This document shows positions 29,228 through 32,353 of a stretch of DNA of 32,353 nucleotides, piece after piece. The DNA is taken from contig JARGFH010000044.1 in NCBI GenBank assembly GCA_029210695.1, positions 1 to 32,353 of the forward strand. The letters run 5' to 3'. The DNA comes from Acidimicrobiia bacterium (GTDB taxonomy: Bacteria; Actinomycetota; Acidimicrobiia; Spongiisociales; JAHEDJ01). The position numbers and the translations under genes are program-made. Below the pieces are notes generated by a model. That model saw only the letters and a list, made by a program, of their open reading frames with translations. It had not been told where the DNA came from and searched no databases. How positions within the stretch are numbered: the stretch's first letter is position 1; every line of letters starts with the position of its first letter.

Positions 29228-31120
29228 GTGACATATCAGGAGATCTACGACCGGTCCTTGCGTGATCCGGCCGGGTTCTGGGCCGAGGCGGCTGAAGACA
29301 TCGATTGGATCGATCGGTGGGATACCGTCCTCGACGATTCCCGACCCCCCTTCTACCGCTGGTTCTCCGGTGGTTCTCTAAACACGTCGTACAACGCACT
29401 CGACCGGCACGTCGAAAGGGGGCGGGGCGATCAAAAGGCTTTGATCTACGACAGCGCCATGACCGACTCGGTGCGCTCCTATACGTACCGGGAGTTGCGC
29501 GACGAGGTGGCCCGGTTCGCCGGGGTGCTTCGCAATCACGGGGTCGACAAGGGCGACCGGGTGATCGTCTACATGCCGATGATCGCCGAAGCGGCAATCG
29601 CCATGCTGGCCTGCGCCCGCATCGGGGCAATTCACTCGGTGGTGTTCGGAGGGTTCGCAGCCAAGGAGCTTGCCACCCGCATCGATGATGCCAGGCCCAA
29701 AGTCATGCTGTCGGCCTCCTGCGGCCTCGAGCCGGGCAGGGTCATCGCCTACAAACCGCTGCTCGACGGGGCCATCGAGCTCTCGTCGCACAAACCAGAA
29801 AAGGCGATCATCCTGCAACGGCCCGAGCTGGAGGCGGAGCTGATTCCCGGTCGTGACCTCGATTGGAGGGAGGAGGAATCGAAGGCGTCTCCCGTGGATC
29901 CCGTTCCGGTAGCTGCCACCGATCCTCTCTACATCCTCTACACCTCCGGAACGACCGGCATCCCGAAGGGGGTTGTTCGTGACAACGGCGGGCATGCCGT
30001 TGCACTCAAGTGGAGCATGGACAACATCTACGACGTTCGGCCCGGTGAGGCCTATTGGGCGGCGTCGGACGTCGGTTGGGTGGTCGGTCACTCCTACATC
30101 GTTTATGCGCCGCTGCTTCACGGGAACACCACGATTCTGTATGAAGGAAAGCCGGTCGGAACGCCGGATGCCGGAGCCTTCTGGAGGGTGATTGCCGATC
30201 ACGACGTAGTGACCATGTTCACTGCCCCGACCGCGTTTCGGGCCATCAAACGAGAGGACCCCGACGGCAAGCTGCTGTCTGGATACGACCTCTCGAAGTT
30301 CAGGGCTTTGTTCCTGGCAGGAGAGCGCTGTGATCCCGACACATTGCAGTGGGCAGAGAACAAGCTCGGGGTTCCGGTGATCGACCACTGGTGGCAGACC
30401 GAGACGGGGTGGCCCATTGTCGCCAATCCGATGGGTATCGAGCCCTTGCCCGTCAAGGCCGGTTCTCCGACGAAGCCGGTTCCGGGCTGGGATGTTCAGG
30501 TGCTCGACGATTCAGGAAGCCGACTTCCGGCCGGCGAAATCGGCACGATCATGGTCAAACTGCCGCTGCCCCCTGGCACGCTGCCGACCCTGTGGAACAA
30601 CGACGAGGGCTATGTACATTCGTATCTCAACCACCACGAGGGTTTCTACCTGACCGGTGACGCCGGCTTCATGGATGAGGATGGATATATCTCGATCATG
30701 AGTCGCATCGACGACATCATCAATGTCGCCGGGCACCGCTTGTCTACAGGCGGCATGGAGGAAGTTCTGGCCAATCATCCAGACGTTGCCGAGTGCGCAG
30801 TGATAGGCGTCAACGACACCCTGAAGGGTCAGCTCCCGGTCGGGTTCGTTGTCCTCAACGCCGGCGCCAATCGATCTGCGGACGAGATCGAATCTGAGTT
30901 GATTGCCCTGGTCCGGGAGAAGATCGGTCCTGTAGCCACGTTCAAGACGGTGATGGTTGTCGACCGGCTCCCGAAGACCCGGTCGGGCAAGATCCTGCGT
31001 GGGACGATGCGAGCCATCGCCGACGGCGAGGAGTGGAAGATGCCCGCCACCATCGACGACCCGAAGATCCTGGACGAGATCACCCACTCGCTGGAGGGCG
31101 TCGGGTACCCGAAGGAGTAG
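29228..31120 (+). CDS. prpE: Propionyl-CoA synthetase
   Basis: [94 protein letters not shown]. Confidence 0.92.
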   Translation: MTYQEIYDRSLRDPAGFWAEAAEDIDWIDRWDTVLDDSRPPFYRWFSGGSLNTSYNALDRHVERGRGDQKALIYDSAMTDSVRSYTYRELRDEVARFAGVLRNHGVDKGDRVIVYMPMIAEAAIAMLACARIGAIHSVVFGGFAAKELATRIDDARPKVMLSASCGLEPGRVIAYKPLLDGAIELSSHKPEKAIILQRPELEAELIPGRDLDWREEESKASPVDPVPVAATDPLYILYTSGTTGIPKGVVRDNGGHAVALKWSMDNIYDVRPGEAYWAASDVGWVVGHSYIVYAPLLHGNTTILYEGKPVGTPDAGAFWRVIADHDVVTMFTAPTAFRAIKREDPDGKLLSGYDLSKFRALFLAGERCDPDTLQWAENKLGVPVIDHWWQTETGWPIVANPMGIEPLPVKAGSPTKPVPGWDVQVLDDSGSRLPAGEIGTIMVKLPLPPGTLPTLWNNDEGYVHSYLNHHEGFYLTGDAGFMDEDGYISIMSRIDDIINVAGHRLSTGGMEEVLANHPDVAECAVIGVNDTLKGQLPVGFVVLNAGANRSADEIESELIALVREKIGPVATFKTVMVVDRLPKTRSGKILRGTMRAIADGEEWKMPATIDDPKILDEITHSLEGVGYPKE

Positions 31121-31376
31121 GCACTCGGCTCCGGCCGTCGTCGAGAATCGGTGGATACCTGCAGCGAGGCCAACTGTTGAGATGCCGATTCCGTGGGCAT
31201 CCCTCCCTGCAGGAGAGGAGGGGCTAATCGCTCACACCCGGCTGCTTCTTGCCGACCTCCGAAGTGCCCGTCCCGGTTGTCGGCCGGTAGGCGTCCACTC
31301 CCGCCAGATCCCTATATTCTGCCGTTACGGCCTCAATCGGCCGGTTTCTGTCACTGGTGGGTCGTTTGTTGTATTC

Positions 31377-32315
31377 ATGGAACACGATTTCATGACCTCG
31401 ATGACAACCGATGTTCTGGAACGGCTGCTGATCGAACTCGAGTCGGCTGTTTCTCGCATCCGGGCCGGACAGATTCAGTTGCTGAGAGAGGCCGATCGCC
31501 GCCAAACTCCGCTGGCGGATGGATGCCGGTCTTTGCAGGAATGGACGGCCGGCAGATTGGACATTGCGCCGGAGACCGCCAAGACGCTGGTCTCGGCAGC
31601 TAGAACGTTGGCCGACCAACCTGACCTGGAAGACCGGTTGGAAACGGGAACGGTGTCGTTTGACCGGATTCTTGCTACCGCCACGTTGGCGGCGACGTGC
31701 GCAACAGAGGCACGGGTCGAGCAGTCTGCAGGGTTCGATATCCCCGGCGTAAGGCGCCTCACCGCGCTGCACCGGCATATGACCCGCTCCGATCAACAAC
31801 AAGTCTTCTCTGACCGGTTCCAGTCTATGCAGCCCACCCTGGACCGCACCGGATACCGGTTTTGGGGAAAACTGCCAGGGGTGGACGGTGAACTCGTCGA
31901 ACAAGCCCTCCTCACCCGGGCAGATTCACTTCCGCTCCTTCCTGATGGCGGCAAAGGCACTTTTGGTCAACGACACGCTGACGCTCTCGTATCCATCTCA
32001 CAGGATTCGCTCACATCCACTTCAGGAAGCGACAGTTCTGCTGGGCCGATTCTGTCGGTATTCACCACCACACAACAACCCATCTCATCAGACGGGGATG
32101 CCGGCGCGACCACAGCTTCAGGTCTCTGCGTCGGATCGCAGACGCTAGAGGAGATCTTTTGCAGCGGTTCGGTTGAACACATCACCTTCCGCAACGGCCA
32201 GCCCTTAGCTGCCGGGCGTACCACCAGGGTGATCCCACCCAGACTGCGCCGAGCCATCCTGTATCGGGATGGTGGATGTGTCGCCCGCCAGCGGGATGGG
32301 ACCACCTTGAGATGA
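31377..32315 (+). pseudogene. DUF222/HNH endonuclease (13E12-repeat type), truncated at the HNH domain
   Basis: DGCRSLQEW, GTVSFDR, QRHADALV, GRTTRVIPPRLRRAILYRDGGC; the expected GC..HH HNH motif is replaced by IS-like sequence and a stop at 32313-32315. Confidence 0.75.
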
Positions 32316-32353
32316 GTTTCGCCAGGGGGATGGGACCACCTGCTCGCCAGTGA
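32279..32353 (+). mobile_element. Terminal region of an IS21-like element extending off the window
   Basis: Starts TGTCGCCCGCCA; repeats CGCCAG(C/G)GGGATGGGACCACCT at 32286-32307 and 32320-32341, with a third starting at 32345; coincides with the break in the HNH gene. Confidence 0.65.

Noticed and set aside
30957..31376. N-terminal extension of the DUF222 ORF given in the ORF track
   Set aside because: It overlaps prpE and shows no family-like sequence; family-like sequence starts near 31377-31401.
1..32353. Whole window as a composite transposon between two IS ends
   Set aside because: The two ends differ in sequence and the cargo includes housekeeping genes (coaA, truA); independent insertions and assembly breaks are more likely.
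32286..32353. CRISPR array from the 22-bp repeats
   Set aside because: Spacers are only 12 and 3 bp, there are no cas genes, and the pattern fits IS21 ends.

Overview
High-GC actinobacterial DNA; gene style suggests Acidimicrobiia (inference). Both ends of the window carry IS21-like terminal repeats of different sequence. From left to right: (1) a short REP-like intergenic patch; (2) a minus-strand envelope/export operon (acidic Cys-containing lipoprotein, peptidoglycan-binding adaptor, MacB/LolD-type ABC ATPase and permease) behind an ECF-type promoter; (3) coaA, a NUDIX hydrolase, two Yip1-like membrane proteins and truA; (4) a roughly 22 kb acetate/propionate locus with a LytS/LytTR pair, two ActP-like SLC5 symporters with small partner proteins, a CBS-DUF294 nucleotidyltransferase, a CrbS-like SLC5-fused kinase, a stand-alone receiver, a PAS/pseudokinase/DEDDh exonuclease fusion, acs and prpE; (5) an oppositely oriented hybrid kinase with a sigma-28-like promoter inside that locus; (6) a DUF222/HNH gene cut off by the right-hand IS end. 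The most interesting unit is 15618-22865: a transporter-kinase with no adjacent DNA-binding regulator, whose apparent outputs are a nucleotidyltransferase and an exonuclease fused to a His-retaining pseudokinase. This may be a phosphorelay-controlled nucleotidylation writer/eraser system (hypothesis). All calls come from motif reading only; no database searches were run.
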